Assembly (NCBI RefSeq): GCF_006345805.1
Contig: NC_043005.1
Coordinates: 33,604,001-33,668,000 of the forward strand
Length of the DNA: 64,000 nucleotides
Direction of reading: 5' to 3'
Origin: Octopus sinensis
Taxonomy: Eukaryota
This document shows positions 1-12,020 of this stretch, one piece after another. The stretch's first letter is position 1. Each line of letters begins with the position of its first letter. The notes under the pieces are model-generated. The model was not told the DNA's origin and did not search any database. It worked only from the letters and a program-made list of their open reading frames with translations. The position numbers were made by a program, and so were the translations under genes.

Positions 1-612
1 CAGAGGAAAAAACTATTTTGAATAAAACTTCTGTCTTACTCTTCAGGAAATATTCTCTCACCATAAGTTGTGAACTTGCTCAAAAATAAATTTTTACACA
101 CACATACACACTTGCTCTCACATCTCACCTCCCCCCCACACACACACAATCACTGTCACTTTCTCTCTTCCTCTGCCCAACCACTTTCTTTCTCTCACAC
201 ACACACACACACACAAAAACCCTAAAATAATGGAGGCTAAATCAAGTGACTTCTTTTTACAATTTTCAAACTTCTACACTCATTTCTATTGACACCAGAA
301 ACAATGTGGAGTAACTACTTCCACTGAACCTACCTTGCCCTACAAATTTGAATACCTGCATACAAAAAGTCCCAGTATAAACACAGAGAATCACATGATA
401 CATGCAAGGCATGAGTCCATAATTTTAAAGTGATGGTATTAAACTCCAAAAAGGAATCTTTCCCTGTGAAGGACACCTGTCTATTACATATAATGTTTCC
501 AAATGGGGTCCACTTTCAACATCTAGGTGAACTAAAAGCAAGTGGAATTGTTAACAAAATTTCTGAGTTCACCGTTCAATACCAAACAGATTTGGCCAGT
601 GATGAGCTATAG

Positions 613-775
613 GTACGGCTGTGTGGTTAAGAAGCTTGCTTCCCAACCATGTGGTCTTGGGTTCAACCTCATCAAGCGGTACTTTGGGCAAGTGCCTTCA
701 ACTATAGTCCAGGATCATCTAAGTTCTTGTGAGCAGTTTTGGTAGACTGAAAGAAGCCCATTTCAATATGTGGGT
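613..775 (+). mobile_element. tRNA-head SINE, 5' part (abundant family in this window)
   Basis: ggctgtgtggttaagaagcttgcttcccaaccatgtggtcttgggttcaa (A/B-box-like head) then ttgggcaagtg...ttggtagactgaaagaagccc; same sequence recurs at 27590, 43710, 52650 and inverted at 45015, 50635, 53125. Confidence 0.8.
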
Positions 776-1085
776 GGGTGTATATCTATCTATCTATCTA
801 TATTTATATTTATACACACAGACATACATACATAAACATAAGTAGCAGTGGAAAAGTACTGGCGTCAATTCATTTGACTAAAAAACTTTTGCAAGGCAGT
901 CATGGATGCAGTCTAATGACTGAAACAAGTAAAGAACAAAAGGTACAAGTCACTGAATTATTCATATTGAGAAGTATCCTTGGGTTGTGATAATTCCCTA
1001 CTTTTTCAGGGATATGGTGGCCAATCAGCACTATTAAAAACGTCTGAACAAAATAAATCTTTCTCCAATTTCCAACAAATATCTT

Positions 1086-1295
1086 TAATTCTTTAGCATT
1101 CAGATTACATTCTATTATAATTCTTATTTATTGACATTGTTTTGAATTAATCAGACATTATCTTGTATCTTCAAGATTTTGATGATGAATTGTATATTTT
1201 TTTAATGAAATTGTAAGGGAGGTGTGACAGACCCAACTTGAATGGTTTGAAGATAAATCAAGTAGAACACTTTAGCCAGATTTGGCCAGGTTAAA
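1086..1295. mobile_element. degenerate piggyBac-like MITE (same family as 42809-43030)
   Basis: shares ctttagcattc...cattgttttgaattaatcagacattatcttgta...gattttgatgatg...ttggccaggttaaat with the intact copy. Confidence 0.6.
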
Positions 1296-1905
1296 TATTT
1301 TTTAATCCATTTGATAATAACCCATCTGGATCTGCTCCCGGTTCTATGATATAAATTCTCTACTCCAAAATGGTTTTAATTAACATGTTATCAAAATTTC
1401 ACTTTTAATTTATGTTCCAAACACTAGCTAAATAACAAAGTTATTTTGATAAATATTTTATTATTATCAAAATTAAAACAAAGACTATTTCAATAGAAAG
1501 ATGGAAACAGAGTTAGATACACAAGTTATAATATTCAATGTTATTGTAATGTATTTAGGCAATTTTCTAAAGGAAAGGAGAGAATAGTCCCACTCAAGAA
1601 AGGAAATATTTAACTTTTCTAACTACAAAGAGGAGAAATCAAATAAAGAATATCAGAACTGCTATTATTGGGAAGTCGTATAAACAGCGATGACTATCAT
1701 TATACATCACAAAATATACATTATCATATAAAATATATATCGTTTATGTATGTGTCTGTACTATGTATATATTACTAGGAAAGTGTGTAAGGTTTGTCCA
1801 CTCATATTTATTTGTTTATATAGTATGCCAAGCAAAAGAAAAAGGTGTCCAACATATTTAGTAGGAGTTATATATATATATATATATATATATACTTTTG
1901 TTGTG

Positions 1906-2097
1906 TTTGGGGAGAGTCATTCTCTTTTAGTGTCTTATTATTTAACACACTCACTGGTAAAGTTACCACTTATTTACTTTTTTAGAGTTGCAAGACGCAA
2001 CGAAAATTTTAAGAAAAATAAATAAGTAAATGTGTGGAAACTTTAGCGGTGAGTGTGTTAAATAATAAGACACTAAAAGAGGATGACTCTCTCCAAA
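1906..2097. mobile_element. fold-back Penelope-like terminal-repeat remnant
   Basis: about 75-bp inverted arms (tttggggagagtcattctcttttagtgtcttattatttaacacactcac and its complement) around gttgcaagacgcaacgaaa; homologous to 47985-48190. Confidence 0.55.
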
Positions 2098-2121
2098 TAT
2101 ATATATATATATATATATATA

Positions 2122-3017
2122 CTAGCTGACGTATTCGGTAATTCCTGGGAAAGCAGGGCTTATCCCTTGGTTCCATTCTCATAATTGTTTCACTAATCCA
2201 ATAACAACAATACCAAGTATGTAGCCTTTAAAATGGTTTTTGTGCATCTACAGAGAATACCGAACTGTCTTACACAGGATCTTGTTTTAGGAATTCCCAA
2301 TAAGTTATGAATACCCAAATTGTGAAGTCAGTCATGTAATAACATGAAATTAGTTATCCGGAAGTAAGAATTCAAATTAAGTAGCTCTGAAAAGGGCTTT
2401 AATGTGTTCGCAAAGTATATAGAACATAGGAGGAAATACTAATAAGGTATGTATACTAAAATCGTGAAGCATGTTACATAATAACAGGCTAATCAGAGAT
2501 GAGATAATAACAATTCAAAATAACTCTGAAAAGGGCTTTTGTGCATTCCCAGAGAATATTACCCTCAGCAGCACTTGTGTTGGTATATTTGTGAATAAGT
2601 CACTAACCGAAATAAGTGGATCTATTGTTTAGGAAAATACTATTTACTTGTTTAAGGGTTGTACTGGATAAATTGCGAAAATAACAGTTTAAATACTAAA
2701 AAGTAAGCATACACAATTTCATGTTTACCAAATAATTTAGGAAAATGAATGAGTTATTTCCCTTAGCTATAGATAAAGATCCCTTCAAGGGGAAAATGGG
2801 CTATTTCCCTTGGTTTTTAAAATAAATTAGATATAAAGATCCCTTCCAGAGGCCCTATTATCGATTTTATCCAACAATCTGAGTATATTGTGAGTTTCCA
2901 GACACGAGTTCTACCCACATGTCAAGTTTCATCAAAATCGATAAAAATATGTAGGAGGAGTTAGTTAACAACCCCACAAACACACCCACAGACAGAATTT
3001 CCCACATATGTAGTAGA
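2122..3017 (-). mobile_element. non-autonomous Helitron
   Basis: minus strand starts A|TCTACTAC at 3017 and ends ...cccaggaattaccgaatacgtcagCTAG|T at 2122; inserted between A and T with no TSD; internal subrepeats (ctctgaaaagggcttt, ataaagatcccttc). Confidence 0.7.
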
Positions 3018-3064
3018 TATGTGGGTGTGTGTGTGTGTGTATATATATATATGTGTGTGTGTGT

Positions 3065-3118
<54 letters not shown>

Positions 3119-6059
3119 ATTTACATCAAGTTTATACTATAGTGTAACACTGGTATCCAGGTGGTAGATGCATAAGGTGAGTAACACTTAATCAATAAAA
3201 AGTAAAAGAATTTTGTGTAGGTTGTTTTTAAAGGCTGAATGGATATTAAAACATTTTAAAACCCAGCTGAATACCAAACAAGATTGTGAAAAAGCATTTT
3301 ATTGCCTAGCAACTGCACTGCCATAATATGAAACTAAGTGAATCAGCCACTGAGTCACCACTGACTTGTCTGACTTGAATAAGCAGCATAAAGATAGTGA
3401 TCTAAGAATGAAACAGTTCAAAGAATGCCAGGTGATATTAGTAATACACACACATATATATAAATAGACAAAAACCACATATTATCAGTGTAGTTGCCAC
3501 CTGTTGTCAACACTGAACAAGATAAAGAATATTTAATACTTTTTTATTTAAAACAGCTTTTTCTTCCTTCTTTTCTATTTTCATAAACTTGTGGATATCA
3601 TCTGAGTAATTCTCCAAAAATATTATCATCATCATCATCATCATCATCATCTTAAAACCTGCTTTTTCACACTTGCATGGGTTGGACAACACCAGCAACC
3701 TTAAAATACCCAAGCAGTGTACCACCATCTAGCTACATCTCTCTATCTTTAAACAACTACTTTAATGTATGTGTCTGTGTCAGAATATTAAGCAACTAAT
3801 GATCTAAATATTACATATGCTAATTTTCAATAATGAATGCAATGTAATTTACAATGTCTCCTTTATACTCATACTGCTGCATTATGTGGATGCAACAGAT
3901 CAAGAGAGCAACTTGTCTGAATCAACTCCACAAAAAATAAAACCTTGATGGTACTGTTAAACTGAGCAATGAATTAAGAACATTTCTCCACCACCAAATT
4001 ATATTTTCAAATAAGGAAATAAATTTATTAGAGGTATAGGGATGGCTGTGTGGCTAAAAAGTTTGCTTGGAACCATGAGATTACACATTCAGTCCTACTA
4101 CATGGTGCAGTAGGTTGGTGTCTTCTATTATTACCATGAGCTCATTAATACTGTATGAATGAAAAAATGATGATGAGGATAATCATGAAGGGGAGGACGT
4201 CAACAACCCACTGATAGCAATAACATTGAAATATTAGTTGTATTAAGAAAAATGGGGTGAAGTATTACTAGTAAATATCATTGTAAGTAAACAGCAAAAA
4301 GATGCTCCCTGTCTAACTTCATAGAACATAAGATTAATGTGATAGGATGCCAGAATAAACCTGAAACTGTAAAGATTATCAGTTGAATCAAGCGAGGAAT
4401 ATAATGGAAGAATGGAACTGAAGATATTTAATGTAAGACATGTTAGTAAGGTCAGGTGGAATAATAGAAACTAATATTTCACTGTGTATAAGTGCATGTG
4501 TGCAAGAAATAACATGCTGCAACTAATTACAATCACATCATGTTAACATCCTCAAGATAAGTGTTTGGAGGAAAGCCATAAATCTCTGGAATACTCTAGA
4601 ATATAGATGTTAAGTGAGAAGTTGACAATTCTTTGTTAAATTATCCCAGATATTCTCTCTGAAGGAATATTAACTCTTATTACCAACCTGTCTGAAACTA
4701 CTTTTGGTTCTGTCTGAGCAGAAACCTCCACAAAAATTTCATTTCAATTAATGTTCCAAACACTGGCTTAATAATGACAGTTATTTTAATAAATTCTTCA
4801 TTATTTTCAGAATTAATTGAAATATAATAGTGTATTTCAACAAAAATACTGTTCTTAGCTAAGAAGTTTGCTTTCCAACCACATGGTTTCAAATTCAGTC
4901 CTATGGCATAGTATCTTGGGCAAGCGTCTTCTACTATAGCTTTGGTCCAACCAAAGCCTTGGTGGGTGGATTTAGTAATAGAAGCATTTACTGCTGTGGT
5001 TCCTGAAATAAGGTCATGTCATGGGTAAAGTCAAGCTCCATCAGTTTGGTGCCTCAATAACCATAATGAAACATACATATAGTCTTGTCCGATTCCTGGT
5101 GTGATTGTTAGATTATTGGTCTGTTAAAGAAATACTTCTCATAATATTTGGACATCTTGCTGAGAATCCCAACAACGTCAGTGAAATACCTCTAATTTAG
5201 GAGGAGATGCGGTCAATTTAACAGAATCAAATACAGAACTGGTCTTTATAAAGATTACCAACTTCAAAAGGATAACAAACAAAGCTGACTCCAGCATCAA
5301 TTGAACTTGGAACATAGAAAAAATGTAACTAAGTCAATAATGGCCATTCCAGCAAGGATACCAACTTGTAATGAGAATAAATTTCAAGAAACATAAAAAC
5401 AAATTTACAGCTGAGTCCCTAATTTTTTTTTCAAGTACAAAACATTTTTTAATAATAAATTATAAATTGGATAAAATGTAGAAAGGAAAAATGAAAATAA
5501 TGAAACTGATATTAGATTTATTGCCTAAAAAAGAAAACTAATTTACTTTATTTTATTTTAATTGTACCTAAATCATCACTACAATAACAAAGGAATAGCC
5601 CACCTACTATTTCAACTCTTATTACTCATGAAACAACCCTTATTATTAAGTTTATTCTTAATGGTACCATCAAGTAAATGTCTTTTTATGGTTTCATAAT
5701 GCCAACTTTTTGCCATAACCAAAGCTGCAAATTGAGAACAAACCCAAACAAGTTCACCAGATATTTTAAATGACACCTCCATTTTGATGGTAACAGAGTT
5801 CAAAAGTTAATGGATTAATGGTAACAGCTAATTGAAGGTTTAAGTTTGATTCAATCAGGTCTAGAATTATGCTGCATACTGTTATGGAGAGTTTGGCTAA
5901 GGGGAATTACAGGGTATCAGTCAGGGTATGCTTTAGCCAGATATGTTTAGATAGGACTGAAGGATAAGAATCCAAATTAGATTTAAGCTAGTTGTAAACT
6001 AACAAAATTAAGAATAGGAATTAGACCTTCAGAGAAAATCAACGTTACTGCAATATTAT

Positions 6060-6090
<31 letters not shown>

Positions 6091-7344
6091 ATGCACCCCA
6101 GCATTGTCCTGGTGTTATCACACACAACCATTTGTATTATTTGTTCCTTTCTTAAGGGTAGAATCAGCACAGCTGACATATAGTGAACTGGATTACTGGA
6201 GTAATGGAAGTTATAGTTTGTTTAAAAGTGAAGAGGGGAGGGTACAATTTGCATAGGTTTGCATGAAAGTGCTTTCTGTTCTTAAGAAGGATCACAAACT
6301 ATGTCTTGTTTCATCGTATAAAAGGGAGTTAATATGATTTTGCTCAGAAATCACATTTTCAAAATTTTAATTTTAGAGTACCACTAGAAAACTCAACATA
6401 CTAGAAACAACAGGTAAACAACATTATTTCTGAAGAAACTTCTGCATTTTCCAAAAAGCTAAAAGTGAAATATTGGGAGTTTGTAGCTTTTTGTAAGTGG
6501 TGAGGTGATGGGTGGATGTTTGGGAAGGAGATATTAGAGTTTCTTTAAGAAAAAATGAAAGAAAATTCTTAAAGATTCATACTCCCTGTTTATATCTCCA
6601 TTGATTACCTAGAAAAAAATTCAAAGAAAAAAATGAAGGAGAGGGAGAAAATTAAAACATGGAGAATGTGTCATTCTGGCAAAATCCTAATCTCCAGCAT
6701 TGAAAACAGGAATCAGAAGAAATTTAGGTAAAAAATTGGGGAGGGCAAATGTCACCTGACATGCTAGAAACAACAGGTAAAAGACAGGATTTCTGGGAGA
6801 ACTACCTTTTAAATTATATTGAAGATCAGGTTTTTAAATACACACTACACAAACACAAATTGCAGAATAGAAAAAAGGGGTTTCAATTGGATTTGAGCTG
6901 TAATTTTGCACTTGCACATAGCAAGAAATAACATAATTCATACAGAAGTTTTACCTAGTGTGTGTGTGTGTGCAAAGGGAAGTTATTTAATGGCATTCTT
7001 TCGTTTGAAGCAGGAAAGTTGTTAACTCGGTCATATGGGATTATGATCGTTTATTAATTTCCATAAAATTTTTTTTTAATTCTTCATGCTTTGACAGAGA
7101 AGAGAAAGTGAAAAGGCAACATTTGCTTTGAAGTGAGAGCAGTAAGTGAAAGATGTTTGTACATGTATTTGAAATGGAAGTGTGTGTGTGTGTATGAGAG
7201 AGAGAGAGAGAGAGTGACTGAGTGAAGGTATGTTGTCATGTATATACTTTTTGCATGTATGTGTAAGTGGTACTCTCTCTCTCACACATTATCTTTCATA
7301 TTCATGTATATAAATACATATGCATACAACGTTTTTGTATGTAT

Positions 7345-7498
7345 GTTGGCATTAGGAAGGGCATCCAGCTGTAGAAACATTGCCAGATAAGACCGGAGCC
7401 TGGTGCAGCCTTCTGGCTTCCCAGATCCCCGGTCGAACTGTCCAACCCATGCTAGCATGGAGAACGGACGTTAAACGATGATGATGATGATGATGATG
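7345..7498 (+). mobile_element. 3'-end fragment of the RTE family with (GAT)n tail
   Basis: ttggcattaggaagggcatccagctgtagaaac...ccatgctagcatgg...gttaaacgatgatgatgat matches the 3' end of the element at 7681. Confidence 0.85.
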
Positions 7499-7680
7499 TG
7501 TGCATGTGCAAGTGAGAGAGAAAGTGAGTGACTGTATTTCCTCATAACATATAGAGAAATAATGTTTTAAGGTACACACCCATATAGAAAATGTGATGTC
7601 ATCATCGTCATGGCATAAAATGTTATTTAGGATAGTTGAATTATAGAAAGATTACAATGTTAAATTTTTGTAATGTAAAT

Positions 7681-10047
7681 ATCATCATCATCATCATCGT
7701 TTAACGTCCGCTTTCCGCGCTAGCACGGGTTGGACGGTTCGACCGGGTCTGGGAAGCCAGGGGCCGCTCCAGGCTCCAGTCTGAATCTGGCAGAGTTTCT
7801 ACGGCTGGATGCCCTTCCTAACGCCAACCACTCCGTGAGTGGATTGGGTGCTTTTTACGTGCCACCTGCACAGGGGCCGGAGGGTCCGGCATCAGTCACG
7901 ATCGGTTCGAGCTTTTAACGTGTCAGCGGCACGGGGGCAACGAGGTCCGGGGTACTTTGGGGATCCGGGGTACTTAGAATGGGTAGGGGGTATGTGGAAT
8001 TGCTGCAGAAAGCAGCCCGGGTCTTTGTAGTCACAGCATATCTCCAGAGATCTCGGTCCTTCGCCATTGCCTCAGTGAGGCCCAATGCTCTGAGGTCATG
8101 CTTGACTACCTCATCCCATGTCTTCCTGGGTCTACCTCTCCCCCTGATACCTTCAACTGTTTGGGAGTGGCACTTCTTCACACATCTCTCTTCATCCATC
8201 CGCAGCACATGACCATACCATCGCAAGCGTCACTCTTGCACACCACATCTGATGCTTCTTATATCCAGCATTTCTCTCAGGATGCTTACACTCTGTCTTG
8301 CGTGCACACTGACACTACACATCCAGCGGATCATGCTAGCTTCATTTCTTTCAAGTCTACACATGTCTTCTGCAGTCACAGCCCATGTTTCATTACTGTG
8401 AAGCATGGCAGTTCACACACATGCATCATACAATCTACCTTTTGCTCTGAGGGAGAGACCTTTTGTTGCCAGTAGGGGTAGGAGCTTTCTGAACTTTGCC
8501 CAGGCTATTGTATTCTAGTGGTGATACTCTCTGTGCATCCACCTCCACTACTAACTTGGTCACCCAGGTAGCGGAAACTATCAACTACTTCTAGTTTCTC
8601 TCCCTGGAGTGTGATGGAATCTGTTTTCTGAGTGTCTGTTGTGTCTATTGTCCTTGTGCATCTGCCGCACATGAAAGCTATCTTATCTGTTAATTTCCCT
8701 TTAATGTTGCTGCACCTCTTATGTGTCCATAACTTACATTGGGTGCATCTTATGGAGTTTCTACCTGTACCTTTCCTACAGGTTGAGCAGGGCCACCTAC
8801 CCGAGGGGGTGTGTGCTGAGTACCTCTTGCTGCTTACTAATACTTTGGTCTTTGCTACATTTATTCTAAGGCCCTTTGATTCCAACCCTTGCTTCCACAC
8901 CCGAAATTTCTCTTCTAGTTCCGGTAGTGATTCTGCTATGAGAGCTAGGTCATCGGCATAGAGGAGCTCCCAGGGGCATCCCGTTTTGAATTCCTCTGTT
9001 ATTGCCTGAAGGACTATGATGAATAAAAGGGGACTGAGGGCTGAGCCCTGGTGCACACCTACTTCTACCCGGAATTCTTCACTATATTCGTTGCCAATCC
9101 TAACCTTGCTGACAGCCTCTCTGTATAGAGCCTGTACAGCCCTTATTAGCCATTCTTCAATCTCCAGTTTCCGCATCGACCACCAGATAAGGGAACGGGG
9201 AACCCTGTCAAAGGCTTTCTCCAAGTCTACAAAAGCTATGTAGAGGGGTTTATCTTTAGCTAGGTACTTCTCCTGCAGTTGTCGGACCAGGAATATAGCA
9301 TCAGTGGTGCTTCTACCTGGTACAAAACCGAACTGCATTTCATCTAAACAAATTCTCTCCCTAATGAGATTGGTTATGACCTTCTCTGAGACCTTCATCA
9401 CCTGGTCCAACAGTTTGATACCTCTGTAGTTATTTCTATCTAGAGCATCACCCTTACCCTTGTAGCAGTTGACTATGGTGCTGCTGCACCAGTCATTGGG
9501 TATGACTCCATTGTGAACTACCTGGTTTACAATGCGGGTGACTATGGCATAGCCCACATAGCCAGCTGTTTTAAGCATCTCAGCAGTGATTCCTGATAGG
9601 CCAGGGGCTTTGCCTGGTTTCATATCCTTAATTGCCTTATCTACAAGGTCAACATTTGGCAGGCTCTCCTCCTCCCATTCATTCTCCTCATTCAGCAGTC
9701 TTTCATAATGGCTTCTCCAAGCCTCTTTCTTTTCACTAGTAGTAAAAGCAAGTGCCCCATCATCCATGCGGACACATTTCTCTCCTATAACATCGCTATT
9801 TTCTCTGACACACTGTCTGGCAATCCGAAATACTTCAGCTCTTTGATCCTCGCGACGCTGGACATTGGCAAACTTCTTCTTTTCTGCTACATCTTTGGCA
9901 ATGTATACCTGCCGCCCAGCCTCCCTTTTGGCTATCTGGTACAGTTCCCTGCTGCCCCCATCCTTCCAGGCTTTCCAGGCCCGTCTCTTTTCACAGATGG
10001 CTTTATCTACTGCACTATTCCACCACCACGTAATTCTAGGTCTGGAA
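7681..10047 (-). mobile_element. 5'-truncated RTE-clade LINE, young copy
   Basis: RT-coding body, 3' UTR, (GAT)n tail at 7681-7700, and 9-bp direct repeat AATGTAAAT on both flanks (7672-7680, 10048-10056). Confidence 0.93.
7915..10045 (-). pseudogene. RTE ORF2 reverse transcriptase with internal PHD finger; one frameshift near 8510
   Basis: NYRGIKLL, QFGFVPGRSTTDAIF, AFVDLEKAFDRV, GVHQGSALSP, LLYADDL, FRYLG motifs in ORF 8505-9767; frame is open upstream to about 10045; C-terminus RWYGHVLRM..GRGRPRKTW in 7915-8226. Confidence 0.92.
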
Positions 10048-11544
10048 AATGTAAATGAAAAAGTATATTTGGTACGTCAAAATCAGTCAATACTAGTACC
10101 CAGCCTATCCTGGCACCCTACATGTTGATAAACCTAGATTCTAACAAATCTTGCAATTGATATATGTGTGTATGTGTGTGTGTGTTCATTTTGAATATCT
10201 GTGAGAGATTGGATTTGGAATAGTGCTTAATAACAATTTTCTTGCTGCAGGCTGTTATCACATAACTGGTTCCTGTCAAATGGTCAACGTGAGTGGAACC
10301 AATTAAGACAGTGTTTAGAGACTGGGACAGGTAAAAGAAAATAGCTTTTAAAGTTTAGTATTTGTCAAACAGATGACAGGAGTGTATGGTCTGTTAGGAA
10401 ATAGTGAACATTTCTGTGTTTGAACCATCATGTACAATTTCCTATGAAATGAAAGTTCTGTATAGAGAAAACATTAAAATTTACAATCAATTTGATGTGT
10501 AAAATTTCTTTGAAAGTAATTCTTGAAAGTAATTTGAAGGTGAGAGAGAGAGAGAGAGAGAGAGAAGGGGAGTTGCAGAGATCAGAGATGTTAACATGAA
10601 CTGGATGAAATGATGAAAACAGATGTTACAGAATTGGGATTGCTAACCTTTCTGACCAGCAGATCACAATATAACACACACACACATCACACCACCATTA
10701 TATCAAATTACTACAGCAGGAAATATGTAACAGAGTCAGAGATTTTTGGCAAAAACACAATATAATAAATTGTATGCCGTAGTTCAGTATATTGATAAAA
10801 GTTTACAGTTGAGCAAATATGCTCTAAATACAATATCCAAATAACACACACACATTATCACTTATTAATGTGTCTACAACATTAGTTTTGTTTCAAAATC
10901 CATACTAATTGGAGGAAGATTATTTCTCCAACTAGATAACAATAATTAGATAAGTGAGTTAGATGAGTGAGGTCCAGGCAGCTTAGTGCAACACTAGTAT
11001 AACCAACAACTCTAGCATTTAGGCAACAGACAACAGAAATAGCTCTTTATGGCCAGTAGAAACAATAGTTAATACTAAATATAATCTCAATATATTACTG
11101 GTAAACAGAAGGCAGAATCCAAAGAAACCTTCAAACTACTCACAGGAGTCAGATACATTGGAATTGAGAGTGGGGAACATTAAAAAACACTGGTTTCAAT
11201 GACAAAATACAATTTAGTTTTTGTTACTGTCATAAGTAGGGAATGTTTTTGACAGGCAAAAGTTTTGATTTGATTCTCAATACTATTTTATTAACTCAAA
11301 CTGCAACTTGGAAACAGACTCAAGATGAAGCTTGTTATGGAAAATGTAGAATCAGCTTAACCAATTCCAATATATTACTGATAAACAAGAGGAAACTGGC
11401 CCTGGTGAGATTTTAACCCTTTAATACCAACACACCTGAGACCGAACCTGGTCTCAGGTGGGTTGATACCAAACTTCCTGTTTCAAAATTTAGGTTCCAA
11501 ACACCAGTTTAATTACCACAGTTATTTTACAAAATTCTTCATTG

Positions 11545-12020
11545 AAGACCTGTCAAGCCAAGTGAAATCATAGTTGTGGCCAATGCCAGTGTCATGTAAC
11601 TGGCACCTGTGCTGGTGGTACGTAAAAAGCATCTTTTGAGTGTTGGGTCTCACAGAAATAATGTGGCTGATGCCAGTGCCGCGTAACTAGCACCTGGGCA
11701 GGTGGCATGTAAAAAGCACATTTGAAGCATTGAGCCTTGTAGAGGCAATGACAAATAACTGAGATCATTGGCAATAGGCTGTGCCTGAGTAGAAGACCCA
11801 TCAAACCAAGTGAAATCATAGTCGTGGCAGATGCTGGTGTCATGCCAGTGGCACATAAAAACACCCTTTACTCTCAGAGTGGTTAGGTGAAGGACATCCA
11901 GCTGTAGAAACTATGCCAAATCAGTCTGGAGTTTGGTACAGCCCCTCAGTTTACCAGATTTGTTCAAACTGTCCAACTCATGCCAGCATGGACAATGGAC
12001 ATTAAGTGATGATAATGATA
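11545..12020 (+). mobile_element. RTE 3' UTR fragment with three repeat units
   Basis: gaagacctgtcaagccaagtgaaatcatagt; repeated gccagt..actggc and ggtggcacgtaaaaagcacc-like units; terminal aggacatccagctgtagaaac...gatgataatgat. Confidence 0.75.

Noticed and set aside
8098-9243. Plus-strand ORFs of 75-125 aa (also 57928-58830 and 40022-42117)
   Set aside because: Antisense shadows of LINE RT coding sequence
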